Below, piece by piece: positions 30,701-41,319 of a stretch of 64,000 nt of DNA. The notes beneath the pieces were generated by a model. It saw only the letters and a list, made by a program, of their open reading frames with translations, was not told where the DNA came from and ran no database searches. Position 1 is the first letter of the stretch. Each line of letters opens with the position of its first letter. Source of the DNA: a virus; the IMG/VR virus record IMGVR_UViG_3300028416_000014, positions 3,429-67,428 of that record; one strand, written 5' to 3'. The position numbers and the translations under genes were made by a program.

Positions 30701-32174
30701 CATTATCACGCCTTGTTATCGATTGTGATATATTTGTTAGTGCATTAGAACCACTTACAGATTGTAAGGTTGTGATTCTACTGTTAAATGATTGTATTAA
30801 TTCTAGCTTATATTTAAAGTTACGTACACGTTCAACCGCTGATGAAAAATGAACAAAGTTACCAAAATCAGTATAATCTACATTTACATTGATATTACCG
30901 AACGATGAACTTATATATTTATCTATTATCTGCTGTGATGTACTTAGGTTAGCATCTAATAGGGAATTCCAACTTTGTAAATCTGTTCCAGCTGATTGAC
31001 CATATGGTGTAAGATTTAAAGTAAAGTTTGGTGGTGAGAAGTTATTTTGAATTTGTTCTACAATAGCTGGGTATAATATAATCCTTTCAATTTTTGAATC
31101 TCTTACGATTCTATGCATTATTGGATTTATATTTTCCAAAGCTGGACTCAATGGCTTGTATAACTTAACAATTATTTTTTTAAGATTATTAGGACTACTT
31201 GTATCTATACTAGCATCAAAATAACGTACTTTAAACTCTGGTATTATAAAATCACCAGTGTATGTAAAATCTGCTACTATATTGTAGTATCTACTTAAAT
31301 CACTTGTATCATTAGTATAATATATAGGGTTACCATTAGTATCCGTCTCTTGAACTAATGTTACATCAGTTACATTACCATCTACATCTAATATGGGTGT
31401 TACGATGAATTTAGCGGCACGGCCGGTTGTTTTATTACCAGTCACATTTCCGGCTAAGTTGAAGCTAGCATCTGTTATTTCTATCCAAAAGTTATCATCG
31501 GAATCTTGTAGTGTTGGATAAAACTTTGTAGGTGTTGATATCGGACCAGTGGAAAAGCTATCAATTGGAAACCCATTTGATGGTGTAAATGATTTAACAA
31601 CTTCACCAACACGTTTATTGTTATCAAATCTAACATCGGTTACAATTGATAATTCGTTATTTCCAAAGTTTAAAGATAGGTTTTCTTTGTTATTATTTGC
31701 AAAGTTACCAAACCCAATTAGCTGATATAATTCTGTTAAGTTTTCTAAGTTATCAAATGGCGATAATTCCAATTCAGTACCATCCGCTGATATCCTATCT
31801 ATCTTTAATTCAGATGTTATTGGTTTAACGTAGTTGTAAACAACACTATAATAACCTTTATTTAAATTAGCTTGCCTTATATCGTATTCAGGTACATTTA
31901 ATATATCATATGTATAGTCGGCAGTTGGGTCTGCTGTTGTATATTTTAACTCGTATGGTGGTAGTGATTGTATTAGATTTCCAGATGAATATATATGTGT
32001 TTCTACAAACGCATTATCCATTATATTTTCCGATGGTGGGAATTGTGTAGCACTATCCGATGGTAGATTTAGCCTAACCAGCTTTGATAAATCTAGCGCA
32101 GAAAAAACAGGCACACTATCTATTGGTGTTTTTGTATCTGTTACTATATTTGGGTTTTGAAATCTATCTATCAT
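27771..32174 (-). CDS. Large baseplate-associated structural protein
   Basis: 1467 aa; LPYLLKTKGTARSVKALIS resembles baseplate wedge/tail protein I (KGT) motifs. Confidence 0.65.
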   Translation of the reverse strand: MIDRFQNPNIVTDTKTPIDSVPVFSALDLSKLVRLNLPSDSATQFPPSENIMDNAFVETHIYSSGNLIQSLPPYELKYTTADPTADYTYDILNVPEYDIRQANLNKGYYSVVYNYVKPITSELKIDRISADGTELELSPFDNLENLTELYQLIGFGNFANNNKENLSLNFGNNELSIVTDVRFDNNKRVGEVVKSFTPSNGFPIDSFSTGPISTPTKFYPTLQDSDDNFWIEITDASFNLAGNVTGNKTTGRAAKFIVTPILDVDGNVTDVTLVQETDTNGNPIYYTNDTSDLSRYYNIVADFTYTGDFIIPEFKVRYFDASIDTSSPNNLKKIIVKLYKPLSPALENINPIMHRIVRDSKIERIILYPAIVEQIQNNFSPPNFTLNLTPYGQSAGTDLQSWNSLLDANLSTSQQIIDKYISSSFGNINVNVDYTDFGNFVHFSSAVERVRNFKYKLELIQSFNSRITTLQSVSGSNALTNISQSITRRDNVVSGFDGFEKFLYYETTGSLYTHYSSSAFSISPWPKTSEYPLELVSTISTLGTNHYNGLIDSASIFDASNDARLTKLIPASIAEDSLNLEYVLFIDMVGHHFDITWSYIKKLTSIHEREEHPFDGMPSELLYDVAKSMGWQLTNSKQTSDLWKYALGTDNTGTPLQSGSLASKSDEQITYEVWRRIVNTLPYLLKTKGTARSVKALISTYGIPQTFLNIKEYGGPVVDGDVKPIWEHDRFVYNLRMNSPSYVSVPWDKMNDINPVTYVLDSVNSMDTIELQFKQNVQQKTTLLYKTGSSSVDFLVLLEPTGSSDRGNIHLYLSGSGGYKSASISDVKVFDSTMSSFFLQRSTPINDITQNNIYTIHYRRNRTDEISVRKSASISINGSSDPSYNAAWTGSGTVLIGNPAVPASGVPSLWASSNYLSGSIQEIRYYANPLSEIVMDEHTLSREMYHSNSPTASFFDLKFRYITDSQLKSVTNPYGVLSQHPNQQITSSQDGRIVSASLFGFDSTDLLGVVDEYYTKVPSAAFNNILNNKVRIESSTLSGNLDVDNKKEKSAFDRAPIDSNLLGIYLSATSMYNDDIYNHTGHFELDDFIGDPDFRDGYNDTNVELDHLRRQVFRKYSSRNLIDTVIDLLSRYDLSVFKQIKQLLPARVKYQSGILIEPHILERPKVKSKTNLSYTQPQYTLILKQTDKPPSGEYSNYEATLNIDVSDNITGSNTIYNTTFDLGNELVVTAQRDDLESVGADTVSTQYTPSVYEYDILIYSQSANIGVGINWITGSNGSWNYNPIGTSILNSRPSVDASTTEFFYSSSLSASLGLFYSSSLKPSVTSTDNLPLSLDNLFFNGCSITSDSITTNSTQTPDGGPVVEVFNADPNILVVTSQNAVDGNLQLGTNTTPSTLLMDELVINSQLQFNQQQQYNDDLVEFRRNLQNLIKIEEERIREFDLNFSLEKLRQDTEDTRRNEFNIKNGK

Positions 32175-32175
32175 T

Positions 32176-33069
32176 TTAAGTTATATTTGTAATCTGTATG
32201 AAGTTTGGGCTTGGGTTTATAAATTGATTGGATGCATTCCAATCTCCAGTTAATTTAAAAATACCAATGATTTCACCAGTTTGATTTATTTGTAATATAC
32301 CACCCGTATTAGTAGCATTATTCCAATTAGATGATATATCAGTTTTGATAGTACCCGGTATTTGATTCCACCCAGTACCTTGGGTATCGGTTACTATCTT
32401 TTGAAGTAAATCATTATCAGCCGCGTTTAGTTTAGTGGATAGATTAGTATCTTTTAATTCATCAAACGATTCTATTAAAACATAATTATTAGTATAAGTT
32501 CCAACATATGGTGTTGTAGTACTACTATCTGTATATAGTTGAGCTCCAGCTGTTAACTGACCTACATAATAAACGGTGTTCTTATTAGAAGTATTAACTA
32601 TAAAAGGTTCTAATACGTGTTTCCATTGATTAGATGAAATTCCAACACTAGGTGGGGCTATGGCTGGTCTCAATGTTTCTTTAAGCCTTCGCCTTGCACC
32701 TTGGCTACTTTGGTCGATATAGTTATTATTACCATCACCATATATCACCATCTCAACTGTATTGGATACTTGCTGTTGCTGTTGTATCTCAGCATCACTT
32801 AAAACTAAGTTCAAATCCACAAAATTATTACTTACTACAGTTGGTTGTAAATCTGAAATATCATTTATTAATTCATCTGATGCCAAATCAATAACATCAT
32901 TATATTTTTCAGTTTGGTAAAATACAGTTTTAGCAGGTATACGTTTTAACCCATATTGTAGCGTTGAGTCGCTTGGTAACGTATACGATATTATCTGGTC
33001 AGAAAAGTTCTTTCTGATTGCTCGTCTGTTTATTAATAAATCATATATGTTTATTGGTGTATTTGGCAT
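32176..33069 (-). CDS. Hypothetical structural protein
   Basis: 297-aa ORF in the tail cluster. Confidence 0.6.
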   Translation of the reverse strand: MPNTPINIYDLLINRRAIRKNFSDQIISYTLPSDSTLQYGLKRIPAKTVFYQTEKYNDVIDLASDELINDISDLQPTVVSNNFVDLNLVLSDAEIQQQQQVSNTVEMVIYGDGNNNYIDQSSQGARRRLKETLRPAIAPPSVGISSNQWKHVLEPFIVNTSNKNTVYYVGQLTAGAQLYTDSSTTTPYVGTYTNNYVLIESFDELKDTNLSTKLNAADNDLLQKIVTDTQGTGWNQIPGTIKTDISSNWNNATNTGGILQINQTGEIIGIFKLTGDWNASNQFINPSPNFIQITNIT

Positions 33070-34169
33070 TATCTAACTACTTTAAATATGTATCCATTAT
33101 CAAAATATTCTTTTCTACCACTTCTATCAACTCTAAATTCAAACTTATAGAATCTTTCAGCTTGTAGTGTATTGAATCTAAAATCAAAGTAATTGCCAGT
33201 TGAATCACAACTTACCTTAGTATACGTTGTATCAAATGGTATCAACACTAAATTAGTTTCAGCATCTCTTACTTGATAATAAGTAGTTTGTGGTAGATAC
33301 TTTATGGTTGAATACGTAGATGATGTTGAAAAAGTTCTTGTTGGATATCTATCCCTACCAACTATTCTAATTTTAGCAATTGATTCTTCTTTGTATTCAG
33401 ATAATAAATTCTTAGGATACATAACTATATTTTCATTTGTTAATTCTTGCAAAGATGTAGTTACAAATGATGAATCATCCCACCTAGCTTCTAAAGTTGG
33501 AACATATATAGTATGTGTTTCATTTGAAAAGAACTTTGATGAACCATATCTTATAGAACCACTTTCTTGGGTATCTGGTCTTTTTATGATAAACCCATTA
33601 TTAACACGTGAACCACTTAACCAATCTCTAACATATTCACTTATTTCAACTTTCAAATCGCTAGTTGATTTGTTAAACGTTTGTGAATATTGTGTATTGT
33701 TAACAGATGATGTATACCAAGTGCCACCACCATCGTTAATTATGGATGAACCAGTAGTACCAGTAGTAAATGAACCAGTCGGCCATTTAAAACTATCATT
33801 TCTGAATTGCCAAGAGCACCCATTCGTTACGATTGGATTATAATGGAATTGACCAATACCTTCTGACCAACTTTGTGAAACTTGTCGTATATCTAGTTGA
33901 TATTCAGATTGAACTTCGTTTTCTTCAGTAGATGTTAAGTTAAGATAGAATTTAGCATTTGGTGATATATCACCATCTACAATTGATTGTGATATGTTCG
34001 AAATATCAAATTGTACCAATATTCTACTATTACCAATGAAAGTTTTTTCTGTTTCTTCATCATAAAACTTGGTTACCTCTAATATTTCATCGACACCGGT
34101 GTTCTGAGCTCTACGAGTTGTTTGCTCATATATCGTTGAATCTTTTTGTCCGTATATTCTAAATATCAT
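33069..34169 (-). CDS. Structural protein (DNRLRE-like beta domain)
   Basis: KDSTIYE...SRILVQFD...NNGFIIK...PTLEARWDD pattern. Confidence 0.6.
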   Translation of the reverse strand: MIFRIYGQKDSTIYEQTTRRAQNTGVDEILEVTKFYDEETEKTFIGNSRILVQFDISNISQSIVDGDISPNAKFYLNLTSTEENEVQSEYQLDIRQVSQSWSEGIGQFHYNPIVTNGCSWQFRNDSFKWPTGSFTTGTTGSSIINDGGGTWYTSSVNNTQYSQTFNKSTSDLKVEISEYVRDWLSGSRVNNGFIIKRPDTQESGSIRYGSSKFFSNETHTIYVPTLEARWDDSSFVTTSLQELTNENIVMYPKNLLSEYKEESIAKIRIVGRDRYPTRTFSTSSTYSTIKYLPQTTYYQVRDAETNLVLIPFDTTYTKVSCDSTGNYFDFRFNTLQAERFYKFEFRVDRSGRKEYFDNGYIFKVVR

Positions 34170-34180
34170 TTATTTACCTT

Positions 34181-36121
34181 TTAAAAAGTTTGTGGTATAA
34201 CTCTACCACGAATATCACTATTTGGAAACTTAACTTCAAAAACTGATGGGTCTTTTGGTGGATATATAATACCCTGCTTTGATGCCGTTTTTATACTATA
34301 TTTATTTGGCGAATAACTACCATTAAATTTATTACTGATTTGTAAACCACCAGCACCATTTATATCTGGTCTTACAACCGATAGTACACCATCGATACCA
34401 TCCAATAAAACATAAATTTTAGATAAATATATTGGTTCGTTTATTCTCCAATTATCTATATTGAAATATTCTTTTAATACATTAATACATCTTAGTAGAA
34501 CTTCGTTAGCGTTGTAGTTTGGTAAAGTTATTATTTCAAAATCAACTGCTATATTTACTATAAATGCGTTTTTAATATTTACAGCATCGGTTAATATCCT
34601 ATGATACGATATATACGTTCTTAAATTATCTTTGGTAGCGGGATTTAATTCAGTTAATATTTTATTATTATCATACCCCAATGTATATAAATTAAGTGCC
34701 AGCGGGTTATCAATTTCAGTTGTTGTTATCTGACCTTCACTTTCTACACTTTGTAACTGACAATCTTGTGTTATATATGCTTTTGCTACTGAACCGAATT
34801 GTGGTGGTAAAGCATAACATCTCATTAGGTAATCTTCTCGTGTTACAGTTCTGTTTTGTGCTCCGAAATATGCCATAGCATTATTACGAATTTCTTCCAT
34901 CGTTTCTTCACTTCTAGCACCACGAGCTGGTTCTTGATTAGTTGTGGCAACTGAACTACGTACAAATCTAACTAAAGAACCATCTAACTGATTTTCGTTT
35001 TTGAATGTTGTAGTTATGCTTGTTACGTTTGTTAAGTCTTTAGCAGGTACATTATCAGCTATACCATTACCAACTAAATATTCAACAGTTAATGTTGTAT
35101 TGGATGGTGCAACACCATAGGTTTTTGTATATAAAAAGTTTGATGGGTCAATACCTTGGTCTAAATCACCAACCACATTATATAAAGCTGAACCAACGTT
35201 ATCTGGATTTGGTATTATTTCTTCATCAGCATTAGATGATATACCTGCGCCAAATTGTATAACAACCGAATCCTTATCTTCAAATCTAGTTGTAAATCGC
35301 TTTGGAACTTTTTTTAACTCTAAAAGATATGGTGTATCACCACTATATGGAAAATATTCAGTAGAATTATCTTCATTATTTTCAACTTGCTCAAATACTG
35401 TATTTTGTGCTAAGTATGGTACTTTAGTCCAAACATCATCATCACTATCAGTTATTTTTGTAATTCTAATAATATCTTCATCTTCAATTTTTATCTTATC
35501 ATATATTCTTGGTGAACCAAAAGTAAATGTTGATGTTTTAACAGTACCACTACTAGCTTTTATATTCTTTTTTAAAAGATAATATGTTGGTTGATTTGTA
35601 GTGTTATCAATCTGATAAACGGTTACTTCTGTAGGACTGAATGATGATGATACTGAAAAATCTATAAGTTGAGTAGTTCTAAATTCAACATCTCTAAAAT
35701 CAGTAGACCCGATAGTCATTCCTTCAGCTATAATCATAGCATATGAAAAATCAGGCTTTACATTATCACCACTTCCCTTTGCCGGTACTAACTGAAATAC
35801 ATCCAAATCAACAGTAGCAGGTACAACATTCTTTGGTTTGTAACCATATGCCGCGGCAAGATTAAATAGATTAGCTTTTTCTTCCGCCGTTGTAAGTAAT
35901 GATTCTCTAAGTTGTGTATCTGTATAAAATGATAATACATCACCAACATAAGATGCCATTTCTATAAACATCATACCAGGTGATGATTCATTAAAATCAT
36001 TATATGTATTTGGAAAATAGGTTTTAGCAAAATCTATTAGGTTTTTTCTAAACTGCCCGAAATCCCTACCAATTAAACTAACATCCCTATTTAGTGTTTC
36101 ATATTTTTTCTTTGTTGGCAT
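34181..36121 (-). CDS. Baseplate wedge subunit (T4 gp6-like)
   Basis: RDFGQFRKNL, ASYVGDVLSFY, AQNRTVTREDY. Confidence 0.9.
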   Translation of the reverse strand: MPTKKKYETLNRDVSLIGRDFGQFRKNLIDFAKTYFPNTYNDFNESSPGMMFIEMASYVGDVLSFYTDTQLRESLLTTAEEKANLFNLAAAYGYKPKNVVPATVDLDVFQLVPAKGSGDNVKPDFSYAMIIAEGMTIGSTDFRDVEFRTTQLIDFSVSSSFSPTEVTVYQIDNTTNQPTYYLLKKNIKASSGTVKTSTFTFGSPRIYDKIKIEDEDIIRITKITDSDDDVWTKVPYLAQNTVFEQVENNEDNSTEYFPYSGDTPYLLELKKVPKRFTTRFEDKDSVVIQFGAGISSNADEEIIPNPDNVGSALYNVVGDLDQGIDPSNFLYTKTYGVAPSNTTLTVEYLVGNGIADNVPAKDLTNVTSITTTFKNENQLDGSLVRFVRSSVATTNQEPARGARSEETMEEIRNNAMAYFGAQNRTVTREDYLMRCYALPPQFGSVAKAYITQDCQLQSVESEGQITTTEIDNPLALNLYTLGYDNNKILTELNPATKDNLRTYISYHRILTDAVNIKNAFIVNIAVDFEIITLPNYNANEVLLRCINVLKEYFNIDNWRINEPIYLSKIYVLLDGIDGVLSVVRPDINGAGGLQISNKFNGSYSPNKYSIKTASKQGIIYPPKDPSVFEVKFPNSDIRGRVIPQTF

Positions 36122-36129
36122 TATAGTTC

Positions 36130-36567
36130 CTATTCTATTATTGTATTTCCAGCTGAATCTACAAAGATTATTATTTGTGTATTAGCTCCTTGCTTAGTAA
36201 CTCTAAAAGATAATTCTATTCTTACTAAGTTTCTATCAAAATCCGGCTGTATTAATATATCATCTATTACTATATATGGTAACCAAAATCCTATATCATC
36301 ACGTAATGATTGTTCTAAATCGACTTCTAAAGAAGAGTTCATTTGTTCAAATAATAATGATGGTATATTAGAACCAAAATTAGGTTGAAATACACGCTCA
36401 CCCTTTCTAGTCAATAGTAAGTTTTTAAGATTGGATATTGATTGTTCTTCAGTAGTATAGCTTAAATTAAATAAACCACTACTTTTACCAAATGGTAAAG
36501 TTATACCAACAGCAACATCCTTATTTAAATCTAAAGGATTATAGAAATATTCTTTCCGCTGTGCCAT
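36130..36567 (-). CDS. Baseplate wedge protein (gp25/GPW-like)
   Basis: NLKNLLLTRKGERVFQPNFGS...LLFE motif. Confidence 0.92.
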   Translation of the reverse strand: MAQRKEYFYNPLDLNKDVAVGITLPFGKSSGLFNLSYTTEEQSISNLKNLLLTRKGERVFQPNFGSNIPSLLFEQMNSSLEVDLEQSLRDDIGFWLPYIVIDDILIQPDFDRNLVRIELSFRVTKQGANTQIIIFVDSAGNTIIE

Positions 36568-36570
36568 TTA

Positions 36571-37056
36571 TCATTTCCCTTTTTTGGCGTTTATCTTTTT
36601 CATCAAAGATGAATAGTCACGTGTTAATGCTTCACCAACTTTAGTTCCTTCCAAATTTACATCCATTGGTCTACCATCCGGGTCAACGGTTGGTGTCATA
36701 TTATTAACGGTAGGTGTTCCACTATCATATCCTAACATTTCAGCCATAGCACCACGATTAAAACCTTGTGCTTGTTGGGATGTAAACATACCATTACCAT
36801 TTATGTTCTGCCATTCATCAGAATCATAGGTTTCAGTCAATATCTGATTAACCATATTATCTTTTGAGAATTTAATCTGTTTCTTAGACTTAGGTTGTTT
36901 AGTTTCTAATATATGGGAAACATCTAATGGGTCAAACTTTGGCTGTTTAACTTTAGGTTGTACATTCTTAGATTCGTTAAGTAGTGATTTGAATTCTTCT
37001 CTAACTACTTTTCTAACTATACTTTCTAATAATTTAGCTATTTGTCTTGGTTTCAT
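36571..37056 (-). CDS. Hypothetical protein
   Basis: Start set at MKPRQ; contains IVRKVVREE...LLNES and ILTET. Confidence 0.7.
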   Translation of the reverse strand: MKPRQIAKLLESIVRKVVREEFKSLLNESKNVQPKVKQPKFDPLDVSHILETKQPKSKKQIKFSKDNMVNQILTETYDSDEWQNINGNGMFTSQQAQGFNRGAMAEMLGYDSGTPTVNNMTPTVDPDGRPMDVNLEGTKVGEALTRDYSSLMKKINAKKGK

Positions 37057-37097
37057 AGTATTACTTTTGTATATAAATATCAATCAGTTTTAATTTA

Positions 37098-38198
37098 TTA
37101 CTGTTCCATATTATTTATATTTTGTAAAATTGTCTGAATATTTTGTTTGATGGTTGTACTTTCAATCTTATTTGATTCAGATTTAGTTTTTGATTGTATG
37201 AATGATGTAAAGTTTATCAATGGTTGATTTCCTAATTGTGTAAGTACTTGTGATGTACTTAATGATTGAGCTATACTGCTAGATTCATCATGTGCTTTTT
37301 CCACATTTTCATTTAACTTAATAACTTCATCTATCAACGTTTTTAATTGTGTAAACAATTCATCCATATCCATAGCCCAATTAGGTGTACATATGTTTAC
37401 GGATTTATCAGCTGATAGTATTATATAATCGGATTTAGAATTTAGTAAGATTCTATCGGATGATAGGATTATGCTGGGATTATCAAATTGTGATTGTACA
37501 TCAACACCCCTACCAATATTACGTTGTGATGTTTGTATTCTAACCCGTTGTGATGCTGTTAACCAAATAGATGATAAGTCATCATCTATATTTTCAATAG
37601 TAAATTTATTGTATTCACCACTTTGAGCTCTACCATTTGATATTATAGTGATTGGGTCTGATTCATTTGATGTTGACCATGTGGGTCTTTTGGTAGTTTG
37701 TGTTGTAGATGGTGTATATCCAAATCGGATAGAATGACCAAACCTTCCTTCAATTAAAACATCACCTAAGAATGGTTGTAATGGACTAACACCGGATTCT
37801 TCTATAAAACCCTCACCTAAATCATTTGAAGTATCATCTGTATTAGCAACATTTGGTGTACCGCTTGACGTGTTATCATAATCGTTATTATTTGATTCCG
37901 ATGGCTGTGGTGCTATAACTGGTGGTAACGCATTATTATTTGGGTTTAATTGAATTGATATGGGATTCATATAGTATAATCTTGAATCCCTAGTAGCTCC
38001 ATTAGTATTAACACCAATGCTAGGGAATAGTAGAACTAATTCACCTAGTATTGGTAATCTTTTTATATTTGTATCTAACGGATACGCTTTTCGAAGTAAT
38101 CCAGAAGAGTCGGATATAAGAACATCTATACTATAAATTTCATTTATATCTGAGTCTTTTAGATTTATATTTTTAATTACTCCGGTTTTAAAATTCAT
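37098..38198 (-). CDS. Baseplate hub/spike protein (gp5/gpV-like)
   Basis: LPILGELV (OB-fold), GDVLIEGRFGHSIRFG, IILSSDRILLNSK. Confidence 0.65.
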   Translation of the reverse strand: MNFKTGVIKNINLKDSDINEIYSIDVLISDSSGLLRKAYPLDTNIKRLPILGELVLLFPSIGVNTNGATRDSRLYYMNPISIQLNPNNNALPPVIAPQPSESNNNDYDNTSSGTPNVANTDDTSNDLGEGFIEESGVSPLQPFLGDVLIEGRFGHSIRFGYTPSTTQTTKRPTWSTSNESDPITIISNGRAQSGEYNKFTIENIDDDLSSIWLTASQRVRIQTSQRNIGRGVDVQSQFDNPSIILSSDRILLNSKSDYIILSADKSVNICTPNWAMDMDELFTQLKTLIDEVIKLNENVEKAHDESSSIAQSLSTSQVLTQLGNQPLINFTSFIQSKTKSESNKIESTTIKQNIQTILQNINNMEQ

Positions 38199-38560
38199 TA
38201 AGACTCCATATCTTTTAATGAATCAATTTTATCATCAATTATTTTAGCGTTTTCTAATAATTGTTTTTTTTCTTCATCGGATAACCCAAATGAATCTTCC
38301 ATATTAGATGATGAGTCTTTAAGCATTCTTTGAATTATTGCCGCTAGTTTTACAATCTGGTCATCATTCTTTACTGCGATTTCCATATATTCTTTAATTA
38401 AAGGTACTACAACGGTAGCATCATTTATATCCTTAACCAACGGCTCTAACTGACTTATTAATAATTTTATCTGCCTATCTTTCTTTTTTGAATTTGTATA
38501 TATATCAGACATTATATCTGAAAATGTTTTTCCTTTGAAAAGTTCGGTATCCTTATCCAT
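38198..38560 (-). CDS. Hypothetical helical protein
   Basis: 120-aa ORF coupled to both neighbours. Confidence 0.7.
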   Translation of the reverse strand: MDKDTELFKGKTFSDIMSDIYTNSKKKDRQIKLLISQLEPLVKDINDATVVVPLIKEYMEIAVKNDDQIVKLAAIIQRMLKDSSSNMEDSFGLSDEEKKQLLENAKIIDDKIDSLKDMES

Positions 38561-39269
38561 ATATATCCTTTAATTTATATTCAGGATTTAAATATCCATC
38601 TTTATTGTACTCGGTTAATAATTCAGCATATATCATTTTTAACTTACCAACTACCTTTGTTATGTATTGTGTATGTACATTAGTTCGTTCTCTTATAAGT
38701 ATATATAAAGCCTTCTTATTGTAAGAATATAAGTCAGCTCTAGCTCTAAATAGTTCATTTATGCTATCAGCTATCTTTTGGTCACGTTCTTTTGAAAATA
38801 TATCGAATAAATTAATATCAATATAATCAACGTATTGGTCTATAAAATCGGATTTAGATTCTACTTGATTATTTCGTGTAACCTCATTTGTTATATTACG
38901 CGTGGTATCAATCATAGATATATCAGCCTTTGCTTTCATTCTAGCATAGTTATTATTATTTTCATTAAATAAATAGTTTCTAGCTATTACTGTAAAATAT
39001 GAAAATGCCTTACCTTTACCCTTAGTGAACTTATGTATTTTTTCATTAAGAAACGCAACCACATTAGCCTTTACATCTTCATATGGTACATCGAAGTAGT
39101 AAGTTTTCCAAGTATGTATAGAGTTTTCTGCTAATTTATCAAATGCTTTGTGTATGAATCTATTGTAAATTTTATTCCTAAGTCTATCATCTTCACATTC
39201 ATTATAAGCTATAATAGCCATTTCGGTTATTTTAGTAAAATACCGCTTACCCTTTTTCTTTCGTGCCAT
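38553..39269 (-). CDS. Late-transcription sigma factor (T4 gp55-like)
   Basis: RYFT...KLAENSIH...KF...GKAFSYFTVIARNY resembles gp55/sigma region 2. Confidence 0.7.
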   Translation of the reverse strand: MARKKKGKRYFTKITEMAIIAYNECEDDRLRNKIYNRFIHKAFDKLAENSIHTWKTYYFDVPYEDVKANVVAFLNEKIHKFTKGKGKAFSYFTVIARNYLFNENNNNYARMKAKADISMIDTTRNITNEVTRNNQVESKSDFIDQYVDYIDINLFDIFSKERDQKIADSINELFRARADLYSYNKKALYILIRERTNVHTQYITKVVGKLKMIYAELLTEYNKDGYLNPEYKLKDIYG

Positions 39270-39546
39270 CTATATTATACTTTTCGTTAATAGTATTTAT
39301 TGAATTTTTTAATTGCTTAAATACATATCCAGTTTCATCATCGGATTCAAATGAACCAATCCTATCTAGTTTGGTTATTTTATTATAAGCTGAATCTAAA
39401 TCATTATAAATTGATAATAATAATTCATCCGTTTTATTTAATTCATCTTCAATTTCTTCATATTTTGTTAGTATATTATAAAGAGCATAAAGGCATATTG
39501 CGAATAATGTAAGTACTACTATCAATATTGTTACTGCGAATTCCAT
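39247..39546 (-). CDS. Hypothetical membrane-anchored protein
   Basis: N-terminal TM helix and FESDDETG motif; start set at MEFAV. Confidence 0.65.
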   Translation of the reverse strand: MEFAVTILIVVLTLFAICLYALYNILTKYEEIEDELNKTDELLLSIYNDLDSAYNKITKLDRIGSFESDDETGYVFKQLKNSINTINEKYNIDGTKEKG

Positions 39547-39547
39547 A

Positions 39548-40324
39548 TTAAACTTCAGTTGTGTTTCCAAATATTGATTTAAAATCAACTTTATCTGGCA
39601 TTTTAATATCTTTTAACTTTTGTTTCTTAGTTGGCCTACCACCCTTATTTAAACTATTAGATACTTTTGATTGTTTAAGTTTCAACCATCTTTCATTTTC
39701 ATATCGCGCTGCCATAATATCAGCCTGATGCATTATAAATGGTAGCGATGTTTTCAATGAATTATCTTTATTATATGATATAAAGTATTCTTTATTACCA
39801 TCATCATATAAACCATCGGTTAATTTGATACTTAAATATTCTATTTCGGATATTTTGATTCCATAATGGTTTAGTAGCCAAAAAGTTCTATCATTAAGAT
39901 TCATAAAGTGCATACTAGCGTTTGTTTTATAAATCTTTCCTTGATTTTCTATATGCCATTGTGAATCATTTGGAATGTACCAACTATCTGTATCATTACC
40001 AACCTTTCCCAAATCATGATGTAATGCAGTAAATATTACAGTTTCTTTATCATAATCACCAATACCCATACCCATTTCAACATACAAATCATATACCTTT
40101 ATGGCATTACGTGTAACTCTAAGTATATGGTCAATATACCCACCTGCGAATGCATTGTGAAAATGAGCGGTGGATGATGCTGGCGTAAGGACTATTCGAT
40201 TCTCTAATAAATCATACATATTGTTTAAGGATTCCAACCTACTACCACTAAAGGTATTATTGATTAGTTTTCTAAACTTAACGTAATTTTCTTGTATTGT
40301 TGTTTCATCTAAAATGTGTACCAT
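39548..40324 (-). CDS. HD-domain phosphohydrolase (YhaM-like)
   Basis: PASS...HNAFAGGYIDH, ALHHDLGK, HQAD. Confidence 0.85.
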   Translation of the reverse strand: MVHILDETTIQENYVKFRKLINNTFSGSRLESLNNMYDLLENRIVLTPASSTAHFHNAFAGGYIDHILRVTRNAIKVYDLYVEMGMGIGDYDKETVIFTALHHDLGKVGNDTDSWYIPNDSQWHIENQGKIYKTNASMHFMNLNDRTFWLLNHYGIKISEIEYLSIKLTDGLYDDGNKEYFISYNKDNSLKTSLPFIMHQADIMAARYENERWLKLKQSKVSNSLNKGGRPTKKQKLKDIKMPDKVDFKSIFGNTTEV

Positions 40325-40329
40325 AACTT

Positions 40330-40629
40330 TTATTTTTTATTTTTTAATATTGATAATAATTCACTTTCTCTATAAATGTGATATGTTTTTCCACCATTCT
40401 TATGTTTAAAGCCAGTACCATCTAATAATACAGTATCTCCAACTTTAACACTCATTGGTATTTTATTACCTGTATGTGTAAATAACCCATCACCAACGGC
40501 AATTACCTCACCCATCATTGTTGTTTCTGAACCAGATGGTTTGTAAAGACCACCCTTTGTTTTTTCGTCGTAACGTTTTACTATTTCAATCACAACTCTA
40601 TCCCCTAAAGGTTTGTATTCCATTTCCAT
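40330..40629 (-). CDS. groES: Co-chaperonin GroES
   Basis: KPLGDRVV, KTKGGLY, GEVIAVGDG, VKVGDTVL, RESELL. Confidence 0.95.
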   Translation of the reverse strand: MEMEYKPLGDRVVIEIVKRYDEKTKGGLYKPSGSETTMMGEVIAVGDGLFTHTGNKIPMSVKVGDTVLLDGTGFKHKNGGKTYHIYRESELLSILKNKK

Positions 40630-40631
40630 AA

Positions 40632-41258
40632 TTATATTATTTTATCTACGATTCCTAATTCTAAAGCTTGAGTTGATGTTAAAAAGTAATCAGTTTGTTG
40701 ATTATCTGACCACCATTTCTTATCCTTTTTAGTACATTCTTCCATTATACGATTACAATCATCTTCCAATTGTTCTGCGAATTTAGCATTGGATTTTACA
40801 TCTGATAACTTACCTGCTGTAAATGATGATAGCTGATGTACCATTATTTTTGAATGTTTAGATACTGCTCGTAATCCCGTACCTGCTGTTAATAACAAAG
40901 CCGCTGCAGACATAGCCATACCCCTACATACTATATTTGTTTTAACACCATCATTATCTAATGTACGAATGTAATCTATCAAACCCAATGTTTCAACAAC
41001 ATCACCACCACCAGAATTAAGTAATATGGTTACCGATGTTAAGTTTGGATTAATCTTTCTAAGTAATCTACATTTGGATATAACATCAAATAGTAGTCCC
41101 GGTTCTATTAAATCATTAATCATAATGATATTATCAGCTACATCAATACCATAATCCAATTCTCTGAATTCTTGAAACCACTTACTACGCTCATCTGAAT
41201 TTGTAGTTGTGTAATTTACATTCATTTCAGATTCATTCCCATCGTTATAAAGACTCAT
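40632..41258 (-). CDS. clpP: ClpP-family serine protease
   Basis: NSGGGDV, AMSAA (Ser), IMVHQ (His), DYFL (Asp), ALELGIVDKII. Confidence 0.92.
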   Translation of the reverse strand: MSLYNDGNESEMNVNYTTTNSDERSKWFQEFRELDYGIDVADNIIMINDLIEPGLLFDVISKCRLLRKINPNLTSVTILLNSGGGDVVETLGLIDYIRTLDNDGVKTNIVCRGMAMSAAALLLTAGTGLRAVSKHSKIMVHQLSSFTAGKLSDVKSNAKFAEQLEDDCNRIMEECTKKDKKWWSDNQQTDYFLTSTQALELGIVDKII

Positions 41259-41319
41259 ACTACATATTTTTTTTACAATTTATTAAATATACGAAAAATT
41301 ATTTAAAAAACAAAATTTA

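Noticed and set aside
38198-38560. Terminase small subunit
   Set aside because: Size and helical character fit, but no motif is recognisable and it is far from the large subunit; left hypothetical.
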